64,000 nucleotides of DNA from Smithellaceae bacterium. Lineage in GTDB: Bacteria > Desulfobacterota > Syntrophia > Syntrophales > Smithellaceae. Under the pieces are notes generated by a model. The model saw only the letters and a program-made list of their open reading frames with translations, was not told the DNA's origin and did not search any database. The translations under genes and the position numbers were made by a program. The stretch is taken from the NCBI GenBank assembly GCA_963667845.2, contig CAXXVL010000002.1:896001-960000 (forward strand), written 5' to 3'. Shown here in pieces: positions 20,941 to 31,101 of this stretch. Within the stretch, counting starts at the first letter, position 1. Every line of letters begins with the position of its first letter.

Positions 20941-21642
20941 GTGAAAAATATGTGGATCACAGTTGCGATGGTTATTCTGTTGGTATCGGGATGCTCAACT
21001 GCCCAAAAGATATCTCCCGAGGAACAGTTTAAAAAAAGCTTCTCGCAGCACAAATATGAAACCTTTGCCAAGACGTCCGTTCCGGGTGTCTATGAGATTT
21101 ACAATGGGCGGCAGGTTTATTACTACCTTGCCGAAGGTGATGTGATACTCGTGGGCAGCATGATTTCCAAGGACAATAATAACCTGACACAGGAAAGCAT
21201 CGCGAAAAAAATGGCCGCCAAGCTGACCAACCTTCCCCTGGACCAGGCGTTGCAAGTAGGAAACGGTAAAATCCCGGTTGTGGAATTCATTGATCCGAAT
21301 TGCCACTATTGCCGATTGTCTTTCAATTTTTTTAATTCGCGGAAGAAAGATGTAACGCTGTATGCTTTTTTCTATCCCCTGTCCGAAGACTCGAGAAAGA
21401 AGATCCGCCACATTTTTTGCTCGAAGGATAAGGTCGCAGCCTATGAGGATGCTCTGGGCGGAAAACTTGACGGGAATGTCCAACTGACTCAGTGTAGTGA
21501 TAAGGATGTCGAAGTCATGCTGAAAAATCATCAGCAGGTCAGTGCGCAAGTCGGCGTGAATGCGACGCCGCTGTTTTATATCAAAGGTCAAGTTGTTCCC
21601 GGTTTCGATCAGCCGGCCATAGAAAAATTATTGGGAAATTGA
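20941..21642 (+). CDS. DsbC-family thiol:disulfide interchange lipoprotein
   Basis: Lipobox VSGC, VPGVYEI, FIDPNCHYC, GVNATP. Confidence 0.88.
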   Translation: MKNMWITVAMVILLVSGCSTAQKISPEEQFKKSFSQHKYETFAKTSVPGVYEIYNGRQVYYYLAEGDVILVGSMISKDNNNLTQESIAKKMAAKLTNLPLDQALQVGNGKIPVVEFIDPNCHYCRLSFNFFNSRKKDVTLYAFFYPLSEDSRKKIRHIFCSKDKVAAYEDALGGKLDGNVQLTQCSDKDVEVMLKNHQQVSAQVGVNATPLFYIKGQVVPGFDQPAIEKLLGN

Positions 21643-21718
21643 AACCTCATTGATCAGTCAAAAAAAGGGCGTCCTTATGAAAAGAGGCAGCCCTTTCTTT
21701 TACAGTCGATAATCTCGT

Positions 21719-23614
21719 CTAACGAATTTTTGCTCCTGTCTTCGGTTCCCGATCAAATCCCAAGAGTGTCAGTCCGGAGGTGCCATCCGTTGCCAGCAAC
21801 ATACCGTGCGATTCCACGCCCATCAGTTTTGCAGGTTTCAGGTTGGCGACGATGACGATAGATTTGCCAATAAGCTCTTCCGGCTTATAATCTTTGCCTA
21901 TTCCGGCGACAATGGTCCGCTCTTCTCCAATATCAATGCGTAGTTTGACTAATTTATTGGATTTCGGGACAGGTTCGGCCGCTAGGATTTTGGCAACGCG
22001 CAAATCAACCTTACCGAATTCGTCATAGTCGATTTCCGGCTTTAAATCGACCGCCGCCTTTTTGAGGGCGGGCGCCGGTTCCTTCTCCGCACCGACACGC
22101 GGGAAAAGCGATTCACCGCGGGTGAGGACGTTGCCGGCGGGTAGCGGTTCGTTCATTCGGATGACATCCAGATTCACTTTTTGCGATGCTTCCAATCCGA
22201 TGTGGCGCAGAATCTTTTCCGCTGTTTGCGGCATGAACGGAGAAATTAAGATGGCGATGGCGCGCAATGCTTCGAGCAACCGGTACATGATCGCCACGAG
22301 TTTTTCCTGGTTAGCCGGGTCCCTGGCAAGCGACCAGGGCTCGTTTTCCACAATGTATTTGTTGGCGGCGCTGATGAGTTCCCAGACGGCCATCAGGGCC
22401 TTATGCAGCGACATGTCGGTAAAGCAGGCTTCCACTTCCGCCACCGTTTTTTGTGCCAGTTCCGGGAGCTTTCTTTCGAGTAAATCTGCGGGCGCCCGGG
22501 GAATCCTTCCATCGCAGTATTTGATGGCCATGGTGACGGCCCGGCTGACGAGATTGCCGAGGTCGTTGGCGAGATCGGAGTTCAAGCGAGAGACAAACGC
22601 CTCTTCAGAGAAGTTGGAATCCAGACCGAACACCATATCGCGCAGCAAAAAGTATCTAAAGGCGTCCAGCCCGTATTTGTCTTTTAGATCCAGCGGCCGG
22701 ACTACATTTCCCAGGCTTTTGGACATCTTGCTTTGATCAGAATTCCAGTATCCGTGAACATTCAGGTGCTGATAGGGTTCGATACCTGCGGCTTTGAGCA
22801 TGGTGGGCCAGTAGATGCCGTGTGGTTTTAAAATATCCTTGGCAATCAGGTGCTGGGCTTCAGGCCAGAATTTCTTGAAATTCAGTCCATCAGGATAACC
22901 GACAGCCGTCACATAGTTTATCAGCGCGTCAAACCAGACGTAGGTGACATACTGATCATCAAACGGCAGCGTAATACCCCATGTGAGGCGCGTTTTGGGT
23001 CGGGAGATGCAGAGGTCTTCGAGCGGGTCCCGCAAAAACGCCAGCACTTCATTACGATATCTCTCAGGTCGAATGAAGTCCGGGTGATCCTGAATATGCT
23101 GGATCAGCCAATTCTGATATTTACTCATTCGAAAGAAATAGTTACTTTCTTTGCGATGCTGGGGAACGGTTTGATGATCGGGACATTTGCCGTCCACGAG
23201 CTCTTTTTCCATATAAAACCGTTCGCAACCGACACAGTAAAATCCTTCGTAGGCTCCGAAGTAGATATCGCCCGCATCATATACTTTTTGTAAAATTGAA
23301 CGTACGGTTTGAACATGATTGGTGTCGGTTGTCCGGATAAAATAATCGTTGGTGATGGCCAGCTCGGGCCAAAGATTTCGAAACTGCGCGCTGATTCCAT
23401 CGGCGTATTCTTTAGGCGTGATGCCCGCCTTTTGCGCAGCTTCGGCGATTTTATCGCCATGCTCATCCGTGCCGGTAACAAAAAATGTTTCACGACCGGT
23501 CATGCGGGCGTAACGCGCCAGGACATCGGCGACGATAGTTGTATAGGCATGCCCGATATGCGGTGAAGCGTTTACGTAGTAAATGGGTGTCGTAATGTAA
23601 AACGGTTTGGACAT
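21719..23614 (-). CDS. metG: Methionyl-tRNA synthetase with C-terminal tRNA-binding OB domain
   Basis: YITTPIYYVN, HIGH, GTDEHG, KMSKS, VANLKPAKLMGVESHGM; start taken at MSKPFY. Confidence 0.98.
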   Translation of the reverse strand: MSKPFYITTPIYYVNASPHIGHAYTTIVADVLARYARMTGRETFFVTGTDEHGDKIAEAAQKAGITPKEYADGISAQFRNLWPELAITNDYFIRTTDTNHVQTVRSILQKVYDAGDIYFGAYEGFYCVGCERFYMEKELVDGKCPDHQTVPQHRKESNYFFRMSKYQNWLIQHIQDHPDFIRPERYRNEVLAFLRDPLEDLCISRPKTRLTWGITLPFDDQYVTYVWFDALINYVTAVGYPDGLNFKKFWPEAQHLIAKDILKPHGIYWPTMLKAAGIEPYQHLNVHGYWNSDQSKMSKSLGNVVRPLDLKDKYGLDAFRYFLLRDMVFGLDSNFSEEAFVSRLNSDLANDLGNLVSRAVTMAIKYCDGRIPRAPADLLERKLPELAQKTVAEVEACFTDMSLHKALMAVWELISAANKYIVENEPWSLARDPANQEKLVAIMYRLLEALRAIAILISPFMPQTAEKILRHIGLEASQKVNLDVIRMNEPLPAGNVLTRGESLFPRVGAEKEPAPALKKAAVDLKPEIDYDEFGKVDLRVAKILAAEPVPKSNKLVKLRIDIGEERTIVAGIGKDYKPEELIGKSIVIVANLKPAKLMGVESHGMLLATDGTSGLTLLGFDREPKTGAKIR

Positions 23615-23630
23615 GATGGTATAAAGCTCC

Positions 23631-24410
23631 TTATGACTCGCTGCGCTTCTTGCTTGTTTCCCGTGAATTCGTGATCTTGTGTTTTGGCTGCGGCGTTTCG
23701 TTTTCTGCCGGTGCGACCTCGGATTTCGCTTCCCGGGCGCATTTTTTGACGCCGGCGTATCCGTTATGTTCAAAAGATAGACAGCACATCAAGCGGCCGC
23801 ATAAACCGGATATTTTTTCCGGATTGAGCGACATGCTTTGCTCTTTGGCCATTTTGACGGTAACACGATCCAGATTTTGCAGGATGCCAGCACAACAGAC
23901 CGTTCGTCCGCAAACCGCGAGACCTTTGACGATTCTCGCTTCCTGACGTGCGCCGATTTGTTTGAGTTCAATTCTGGTTTTGAATTTGGCGACCAGATCT
24001 TTAACCAGTTCGCGAAAATCCACCCGGTTTTCCGCGGTGAAGTAAAAGATCATTTTGCTTTTGTCGAAGAGGCATTCCACCGTGATCAATTTCATGGCCA
24101 GACTTTTTTCATGAATCTTTTCGATGCAATATTTCCGAGCATCCTCTTCGATCATTTCGAGCTCTTCTTTGGCACGCAGATCCTCTGCCGTTGCTTTACG
24201 CAGAACATTTTTCAGATTGGGAGGCAGTTGAGCGGATTCACATCGCTGGACGTCAGTTACAACAACTCCCAGAGCGATACCGTTGTCCGTATTGACCAGC
24301 ACCTGGTCATGTTTCTGCACAATCAGGTCGCAGGCATCAAAATTGTAGATTCTGCCTTCCTTCTTAAATTTAACTCCAATAATATTGGTTAACACATTAT
24401 ATCCCGTCAA
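23631..24410 (-). CDS. PSP1-domain / stage 0 sporulation YaaT(RicT)-like protein
   Basis: FTAENRVDFRELVKDL, CGRTVCC, KISGLCGRLMCCL; conserved holB-yaaT-metG order. Confidence 0.93.
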   Translation of the reverse strand: MTGYNVLTNIIGVKFKKEGRIYNFDACDLIVQKHDQVLVNTDNGIALGVVVTDVQRCESAQLPPNLKNVLRKATAEDLRAKEELEMIEEDARKYCIEKIHEKSLAMKLITVECLFDKSKMIFYFTAENRVDFRELVKDLVAKFKTRIELKQIGARQEARIVKGLAVCGRTVCCAGILQNLDRVTVKMAKEQSMSLNPEKISGLCGRLMCCLSFEHNGYAGVKKCAREAKSEVAPAENETPQPKHKITNSRETSKKRSES

Positions 24411-24420
24411 GTTTGCTTTT

Positions 24421-25401
24421 TTACAGGTGGAGCTTAAATGCCATTGCCTCTAATGTCAACGATTTGTTCACATTCATTTCGATCGTCTCGTTGGACTTCG
24501 AAACCAGAGCGATGTTCCGCAGAATCTGCTCTCCGCGCAAACGGCGGGTCAGAGATGAGACGACCGGCAGACTGTCCACATTGATGATCATCGAGGATTT
24601 GGCAGTTTCTTTATAAACCAGCGCATCGCGAAAGTACGTGTTGAGAATCGCGAGCCTCTGTCTGATTTCCTTTTTGTCCTGACCTAAAAAAGACGACAGG
24701 GTCAATAGGCTCATCGGATCATTCCGGTTTGTCACGGTCAGCAGGCGGCCCAGCTCCGCCCGAAAAGCGATCATGTCTTCCGAGTTCAGGGCCTGGGCCT
24801 GACCGATCGATCCTCCGGACAGCGAAGCGAGCAATAGAGCCTTGGAAGGGTCCAGCTGTTCTTGTTCGACGAGAAACCGGGCCACAGTATCAGCCGGCAG
24901 AGGATTCATGCGCAAGTGCCGGCAGCGTGAAAGAATGGTCTGCGGCAGCCAGTAAGGACGGGAGGTTACCAGGATAATGACGTTATCGGCAGATGGCTCC
25001 TCCAGCGTTTTCAGAAGAGCATTGGCGGCCTGCTCATTCATTTTGTCCGCGTCATCGATGATGAATAGGCGTTTTCGTCCCTCGAGCGGCTTAAACGTCA
25101 TCTGCCGCTGAATATCGCGAATGGCGTCAATGCGAATGAATTGCGCTTCTGTTGTCACCAGCAGAATATCCGGATGATTCCCGTGAATCATTTTCCTGCA
25201 GGATGGACAGGCACCGCAGGAATCATTTTGCAGGGCGGCATTTTCACAGTTGAGAGCCTGGGCAAAGGCCATCGCCAGTGTCTTCTTACCAATAGCGGAA
25301 AGTCCGCTGAAAATATAGGAGTGTCCGACGCGCTTGCCGGCCAGGGCTTTTTTCAGCATGCCGATTTGTTTTGAATGACCGTAAATATTTGCAAAAGACA
25401 T
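24421..25401 (-). CDS. holB: DNA polymerase III delta' subunit
   Basis: CGACPSC..HPD, AANALLKTLEEP, TILSRC; follows tmk. Confidence 0.95.
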   Translation of the reverse strand: MSFANIYGHSKQIGMLKKALAGKRVGHSYIFSGLSAIGKKTLAMAFAQALNCENAALQNDSCGACPSCRKMIHGNHPDILLVTTEAQFIRIDAIRDIQRQMTFKPLEGRKRLFIIDDADKMNEQAANALLKTLEEPSADNVIILVTSRPYWLPQTILSRCRHLRMNPLPADTVARFLVEQEQLDPSKALLLASLSGGSIGQAQALNSEDMIAFRAELGRLLTVTNRNDPMSLLTLSSFLGQDKKEIRQRLAILNTYFRDALVYKETAKSSMIINVDSLPVVSSLTRRLRGEQILRNIALVSKSNETIEMNVNKSLTLEAMAFKLHL

Positions 25402-25423
25402 ATTGAAATTGAAACCATCCGAG

Positions 25424-26071
25424 TTAGTGCTGCCTGCCCATGAACTCCATCACATGCCTGCGGACATCATTGGCAATCTCATCTGCCGTGCGCGAGGCAT
25501 CGATGATCCGAAAACGTTCAGGATCGTTAGCACAAAGAGTCAAATAGGATTGTCGCACCCGGATGTGGAAATCAAGTTTTTCTTTTTCAAAGCGATCGGC
25601 GGAAGATGGATCTTTGAGCTCGGCATCACGTCTGCCTGCCCGCTTCAGGCCGGTTTCCACGGGTAAATCAAAGAGCAGGGTTAATGACGGCTTCAAGTGC
25701 AATGCGCAATAATCATTGATCATTCCGATGAAATCGGCATCAAGCCCGCGACCTGCCGCCTGATAGGCGAATGTCGCATCGGAAAACCTGTCGCACAAAA
25801 CGTATTTCCCCTCTTCGAGAGCGGGCCGGATGACTTCTCTGACATGCTGTGCGCGGGCCGCGCAAAACAGGAGTAATTCGGTTTCGGGGCACATCGCCTG
25901 GTGGCCGCGGTTGAAAAGAATATCGCCGATTTTGCGGCCGATGACCGTCCCACCCGGTTCCTGCGTCATGACCATGCGCACATTCTTCTCAATCAAATAC
26001 GCACCCAGAAGCTTCAACTGCGTGGATTTGCCGGAGCCTTCGACTCCTTCAAATGTTATGAATCTATCCAT
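25424..26071 (-). CDS. tmk: Thymidylate kinase
   Basis: FITFEGVEGSGKSTQ, EPGG, CDRF..ATFAYQ; start at MDRF. Confidence 0.96.
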   Translation of the reverse strand: MDRFITFEGVEGSGKSTQLKLLGAYLIEKNVRMVMTQEPGGTVIGRKIGDILFNRGHQAMCPETELLLFCAARAQHVREVIRPALEEGKYVLCDRFSDATFAYQAAGRGLDADFIGMINDYCALHLKPSLTLLFDLPVETGLKRAGRRDAELKDPSSADRFEKEKLDFHIRVRQSYLTLCANDPERFRIIDASRTADEIANDVRRHVMEFMGRQH

Positions 26072-26173
26072 GGATGTTTCTCCGAAACCAGGTTTATGTT
26101 GATGGATGAACAAGGCTATATGCGGCCTTTCGGCCATTGAAAAATAATCCGTCGGCGAAAAAAATGTTGCCTT

Positions 26174-26221
26174 AAAAAAAGCTGGGGGAAAGATCCGCCC
26201 TTTGCGTCGGATATTCCCCCA
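26174..26221 (-). terminator. Probable terminator after ferredoxin
   Basis: TGGGGGAA...TTCCCCCA stem with an A run (U tract on the minus strand). Confidence 0.6.
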
Positions 26222-26245
26222 ACATTAACGTCTTTTTGAAAGTTA

Positions 26246-26443
<198 letters not shown>

Positions 26444-26486
26444 TTAATCAGAATATTTTTCTCGTTCGTCCGACTCCAGCCGACGC

Positions 26487-26708
26487 TTACACGGATATGA
26501 CTTCCTTGATGGACGGCACTTGCTGTTTAATGATTTTTTCAATGCCCATCTTCAAGGTCATCTGCGACATTGGGCAACCATGGCACGCGCCGGTCAGTCT
26601 GACCTTGACCACGCCATCGGGAGAAACATCAACCAGTTCTACATCACCGCCGTCTGCCTGTAAGCCAGGCCGAACCTTATCGATCGCTTTTTGGACTTCT
26701 TCTTTCAT
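26487..26708 (-). CDS. NifU/NfuA C-terminal-domain Fe-S carrier
   Basis: VRPGLQADGGDVELV, LTGACHGCPMSQMTLKMGIE. Confidence 0.94.
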   Translation of the reverse strand: MKEEVQKAIDKVRPGLQADGGDVELVDVSPDGVVKVRLTGACHGCPMSQMTLKMGIEKIIKQQVPSIKEVISV

Positions 26709-26755
26709 AATGATCTCCATTTATAATCTTCATTGATGGATTGCCGCCTCGACCA

Positions 26756-27346
26756 TCAGTGCGGCATTTCGCTGACCATTTCCTTGACAACGGACCGGGC
26801 AACATCTGATAAATCCGGTTTGATTAACATGTAGCTATCTCCCACATGATGGCCGGCCTTCCACATCATTTTTCCCGTTTCGGCATCGATCAGCTTAAGT
26901 CCGACGCTAACCTTGGCCAGTTTCTTATCTTTTTCCACCGTGTAATTCCAGTAATCAACGGCGACCAGCAAAAAAGCATCTGTTTTCGTCAGTTCGCCGA
27001 TTTTTTTCGAAAGCTCGGGATCGGAGTAATTCAGGGTCTGGAGCTTGGACAGATAGTCCGTCGTAGCTTTCCGCAAAGCCTCGTTGGCTTGAATCTGGCG
27101 ATTCAGACTCGCCGTGTCGGTTATATCGGTGAACCATTTCTTGTCCATCAATACTCCAGGCACAATCTGTTCAATGTGATTGCGTGCCTCTTCATAGGTT
27201 CCGACATCGGCGGGAAATACAGCAATCCGCTTGGGATGGTAGTCCTTGGCTGCAGGGTCCAGTTGAGAAAAACGCAACCCGCCGCAACCAATTGCGCTCA
27301 AAACAGCAATAGCCAGGATAAATCGAGTCAAGAATTTTCGTATCAT
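26756..27346 (-). CDS. Conserved lipoprotein, function unknown
   Basis: Lipobox AIGC, RIAVFP, LKLIDAETGKMMW (CsgG/LpoB-like pattern). Confidence 0.75.
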   Translation of the reverse strand: MIRKFLTRFILAIAVLSAIGCGGLRFSQLDPAAKDYHPKRIAVFPADVGTYEEARNHIEQIVPGVLMDKKWFTDITDTASLNRQIQANEALRKATTDYLSKLQTLNYSDPELSKKIGELTKTDAFLLVAVDYWNYTVEKDKKLAKVSVGLKLIDAETGKMMWKAGHHVGDSYMLIKPDLSDVARSVVKEMVSEMPH

Positions 27347-27383
27347 TTATCTTTACTCCTTTCGTTAGCTTTGCATCGCAAAC

Positions 27384-29114
27384 TCAACCCAGAATGTGCC
27401 AGCAGAAAACGGCAAAACCAGCAATGATATAGCTTGTTTCCAGAAGACCTTCAATAAGAGCCCCCGAAAGACCCGCCCTTCTATCACAAAGTCTGAAACA
27501 AATCCATATATATAATATGCACAAAACCAGGAAAAAGCTCAAACTGGAACAAAAGCCGGTCGCACCAGAGATTAATAAAATAAACAATAATATCAAAATG
27601 ATAATTTTCAACAACACTTGAGTTTTTTCCTTGCCGATCACAACGGGAATGGTTTCCCGCCCCAGGAGTTTGTCGCTTTGGATATCCATGATATCCGACA
27701 TGGCTGATCGAATAAAGACGAGAGCAAAAGTAAAACAAAAAGCGACCGCCGTCGCGGCGTTAAAAATCTGGTCATTGTTTAGTGCCGGCAACACGGCTGT
27801 TACCACGCCCCAGGCCGACGCCATGAATATGTTCTTTGATCCGGGAATATCCTTTAATCGCTGAAAGCGTCTGTCTCCCGGCAGAATCTTCATGTTATAT
27901 AAAGCTCCGGCGAGTGAGATCAAGAACAGGAATAAGAAAGAAATCACACTGTTCACCAGTGACAAGGCCAGGGCGAGCAGGAGGGAAATAGCAGCCGCTA
28001 AGCGATAATACTTTTCGTGTTTTGCATAAGATATTTCACGGAAGGAACCGATTAACCCCGATTCTTTCGTGCTCATCAGCCGGTTGAGGACATGCATGGC
28101 ATAAACAAAAAAGGAAGCAATGGCAATTGACGGGATATCCACGGGAATTCTCTGCAAAATCATGCAGGAGAGTGCAAGGCAACCTGCGCCCAGGGCCGAA
28201 TAAAAATCGGTTTTGACGGCCCACAGCCACAGTTTATGCAGGAAGCCCGCTTTCTTATAGGGTGCGTCATGACCGTCCGTTATGTTGTCCATGACCTGGT
28301 CGATAATCCAATTAGGCGTGGAGGCACCGGCTGAAACGCCGATGCGCTTATAGGGCATCAGATTGATATTTCTTATTTCATCGGCTGTTTCGATGTGGAA
28401 TGTCGGCGTATTTTGTTTTTGAGCCAAATCAGCCAGACGGCAGGTATTTGCGCTGTTTTTGCCACCGACGACGAAGAGGGCATCCATTTCGGTGGCGAGT
28501 GCAATAATCTCTTCCTGCCGCCTTTCCGTAGAAGAGCAGATCGTATTGAAAACAATGGCCTGTGGACTTTTCTTCTTAATTATTTTGACGATATGAGCAT
28601 AGTGATCCGTATCCTGGGTTGTTTGAGCAACGACGCAGACCTTTTCCATCAAGGGCAATTTCTCCGCATCCTCAAGCGTGGAAACGATAATGCCGCGGCC
28701 TTCCGTGTAACCCCAGAGACCGTCCACCTCCGGATGTTTGCAATCTCCGGCGATAACGACTGTATAGTCCAGAGCGGAATGCTTCTTGATAGTGGCCTGT
28801 ACATAGGCGACTTTCGGGCATGTCGCGTCAATAATTTTGACGCCACTGTCCTTGATTTTCTTTCTTTCGTCAGGCGCAATACCGTGAGCGCGAATAACCA
28901 GGACGGCATTGGCGCAATCGCCGATTTCCGCAATACTTTTAATTGCCGTAATGCCGCGCTTTTTCAATAGGTCAATGGTCTGGGGATTATGGATCAGAGG
29001 GCCATAGGTGTAAATCCGCCTGCCCTTTTCATGCTGGGCAATGTCCAACACGGTATCTACAGCCCTGCGCACACCCATGCAAAACCCGGCTGTTTTGGCC
29101 AGCTTGATTTCCAT
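27384..29114 (-). CDS. ispH: 4-hydroxy-3-methylbut-2-enyl diphosphate reductase fused to a UbiA-like membrane prenyltransferase domain
   Basis: AGFCMGV, DATCP, NTIC, SAGASTP; C-terminal multi-TM region with KDIPGSKN and DIMDIQSDKLLGRETIPV. Confidence 0.93.
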   Translation of the reverse strand: MEIKLAKTAGFCMGVRRAVDTVLDIAQHEKGRRIYTYGPLIHNPQTIDLLKKRGITAIKSIAEIGDCANAVLVIRAHGIAPDERKKIKDSGVKIIDATCPKVAYVQATIKKHSALDYTVVIAGDCKHPEVDGLWGYTEGRGIIVSTLEDAEKLPLMEKVCVVAQTTQDTDHYAHIVKIIKKKSPQAIVFNTICSSTERRQEEIIALATEMDALFVVGGKNSANTCRLADLAQKQNTPTFHIETADEIRNINLMPYKRIGVSAGASTPNWIIDQVMDNITDGHDAPYKKAGFLHKLWLWAVKTDFYSALGAGCLALSCMILQRIPVDIPSIAIASFFVYAMHVLNRLMSTKESGLIGSFREISYAKHEKYYRLAAAISLLLALALSLVNSVISFLFLFLISLAGALYNMKILPGDRRFQRLKDIPGSKNIFMASAWGVVTAVLPALNNDQIFNAATAVAFCFTFALVFIRSAMSDIMDIQSDKLLGRETIPVVIGKEKTQVLLKIIILILLFILLISGATGFCSSLSFFLVLCILYIWICFRLCDRRAGLSGALIEGLLETSYIIAGFAVFCWHILG

Positions 29115-29118
29115 TTAG

Positions 29119-29865
29119 TTAAACTTTTTTGGCAAGTATGAAAAATTCTTTGTTGCCTGCCGGTCCCAGGAGCGGGGATTCACAGGTTCCTGCGACATTC
29201 AGATTCCGGGATTCGCAAAACCGGCGGATATCCTCCACGATGCGGTCACGAACCGCTGTATTTTCCACGACACCGTTTTTGCCGACTTCATCACGCCTGG
29301 CCTCAAATTGTGGTTTGATCAGCGCCAAAATCCGCCCAGAGTCCGCGATGAGCTGCTCTACGGCTGGGATAACGGTTTTAAGTGAAATAAAGGAGACGTC
29401 GATAACGGCCAGCGTTGGTTTTTCGTCCAGATCGGCTCCATTGTAATGGCGAATATTCGTTCGCTCGATGACCACAACGCGCGGGTCGCTACGCAGTTTC
29501 CATGCCAATTGTCCGTATCCGACATCTACGGCAAACACGCGCCGGGCTCCAGCGTCAAGCAGGCAGTCGGTGAAACCGCCCGTCGATGCCCCGACGTCCA
29601 GCACGGCTTCTCCGGTTACCGACATCGCAAAGTGGTCCAGTGCCCCTTTTAGTTTCAAACCGCCGCGGCTCACGTAAGGACTATCATCGCTCTTCAATTG
29701 AATCGCAGCATCAGCCGATACGAGTGCATCTGCTTTATCCAGGCAGGCATTATCGACTTTTACGGCCCTTGCCAGAATAAGCGCCTGCGCTTTTGGAATA
29801 GTCGGCGCAAAGCTGCGCGTCACGAGCAAATGATCTAAGCGGATTTTTTTGGTCTTAGGGGACAT
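29119..29865 (-). CDS. tlyA: TlyA-family rRNA 2'-O-methyltransferase
   Basis: RLD, YVSRGGLKL, LDVGASTGGFTD, DVSFISL, IKPQFE, GNKEF. Confidence 0.95.
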   Translation of the reverse strand: MSPKTKKIRLDHLLVTRSFAPTIPKAQALILARAVKVDNACLDKADALVSADAAIQLKSDDSPYVSRGGLKLKGALDHFAMSVTGEAVLDVGASTGGFTDCLLDAGARRVFAVDVGYGQLAWKLRSDPRVVVIERTNIRHYNGADLDEKPTLAVIDVSFISLKTVIPAVEQLIADSGRILALIKPQFEARRDEVGKNGVVENTAVRDRIVEDIRRFCESRNLNVAGTCESPLLGPAGNKEFFILAKKV

Positions 29866-30171
29866 TCCACTCCACCCTGTATGAAAGATATCATAAGTCG
29901 AATACAACGTCGTGTAACATGTTGCGGATAATTTTCGGCTGCTATCCTTGACCGTCCGAGCCTGCCCAACGTCTAAAATATTTTCTTGCACCGGTCAAGG
30001 CAATTAAGCGTACGTCAGCGTGAATTTCCTCAAAGAGAAAATACACAAACAGCCGAATAAATGTCTCAAGATCTTTTCGTGAAGTTATTTGGAATTGACA
30101 TAAGATGGTATTTTTCGTATTCTCCGCCCTCAAAAGCGCCGGCAAATACAGCATCAAACACGGAGGCCACA

Positions 30172-31038
30172 ATGCGTTTTCACGATCGACCGGACGGTGT
30201 TTTGCTCACCAAACTCCCTTTTTTCAGAAAGATATACCCGTTTATCATGCCGAGCCGCACGGAGGCCACAATTTATTCTACCCGGCGGGTTTCGCTTGGC
30301 AACCCACTGGCATGGCTGGAACGGGTTAACGCCACGCGGGAAGATAAACTGAATCTGTTTCATCTCGTACTGGCGTCATCCGTGCGCATGCTGGCGTTGA
30401 AGCCGGACCTGAACCGCTTCGTGTCCGGCCGGCGCATTTTCCAGCGGCGCACCATTGACATCTCATTTGTTGTCAGGCGGGAGATGACGGAACGATCGAC
30501 TGAAACGATGGTCAAGATGACCTTTGATCCCTACTCCACGATTGAGACCGTTGCCCGGCAAGTGAATGCAGTCGTGCAATCCACCAAAAAAGGCAAGACA
30601 TCCCACGATGAAACGATGTCCAGACTTCTGAATCTGATGCCCAGGTTTCTGATCCGGGCCCTCATGCGCACGGCACGAATCCTTGACTATTTCGGGCTTT
30701 TGCCCGCCTCGTACATCAAAAGGGACAGCATGTACACCAGCATCTTCATTACCAATCTGGGCAGCATCAATGCGGATGCGGTTCTCCATCCCATGTTTGA
30801 ATGGGGAAACGCACCCTTTTTCATTGTAATCGGCCAAAAGAAAAAAGAACCGGTCGTCAACGACCGCGATGAAATCCAGGTCGACGAAGTCATGGACGTA
30901 ACTTTCACACTGGATCAACGAATCACGGGTGGATTTAATTTAGCTCAATCGGGTCTCATCATAAGGGATCTGTTCCAAAACCCGGATGCTCTCTTGCGGA
31001 AACCGGAAAACCTTCCGGATCCATTCACGCTGGCCTGA
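30172..31038 (+). CDS. Stand-alone 2-oxoacid-dehydrogenase E2 catalytic-domain-like (CAT-fold) protein
   Basis: LNRFVSGRRIFQR, SIFITNLGSI, TLDQRITGG; no lipoyl domain; GGAGG RBS before ATG 30172. Confidence 0.75.
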   Translation: MRFHDRPDGVLLTKLPFFRKIYPFIMPSRTEATIYSTRRVSLGNPLAWLERVNATREDKLNLFHLVLASSVRMLALKPDLNRFVSGRRIFQRRTIDISFVVRREMTERSTETMVKMTFDPYSTIETVARQVNAVVQSTKKGKTSHDETMSRLLNLMPRFLIRALMRTARILDYFGLLPASYIKRDSMYTSIFITNLGSINADAVLHPMFEWGNAPFFIVIGQKKKEPVVNDRDEIQVDEVMDVTFTLDQRITGGFNLAQSGLIIRDLFQNPDALLRKPENLPDPFTLA

Positions 31039-31101
31039 GGGATAAGGACGGCGAGTCCCTGTGGTTTGGTGGCCGTTTCTAAGGTTGTTTATCCATGATA
31101 T

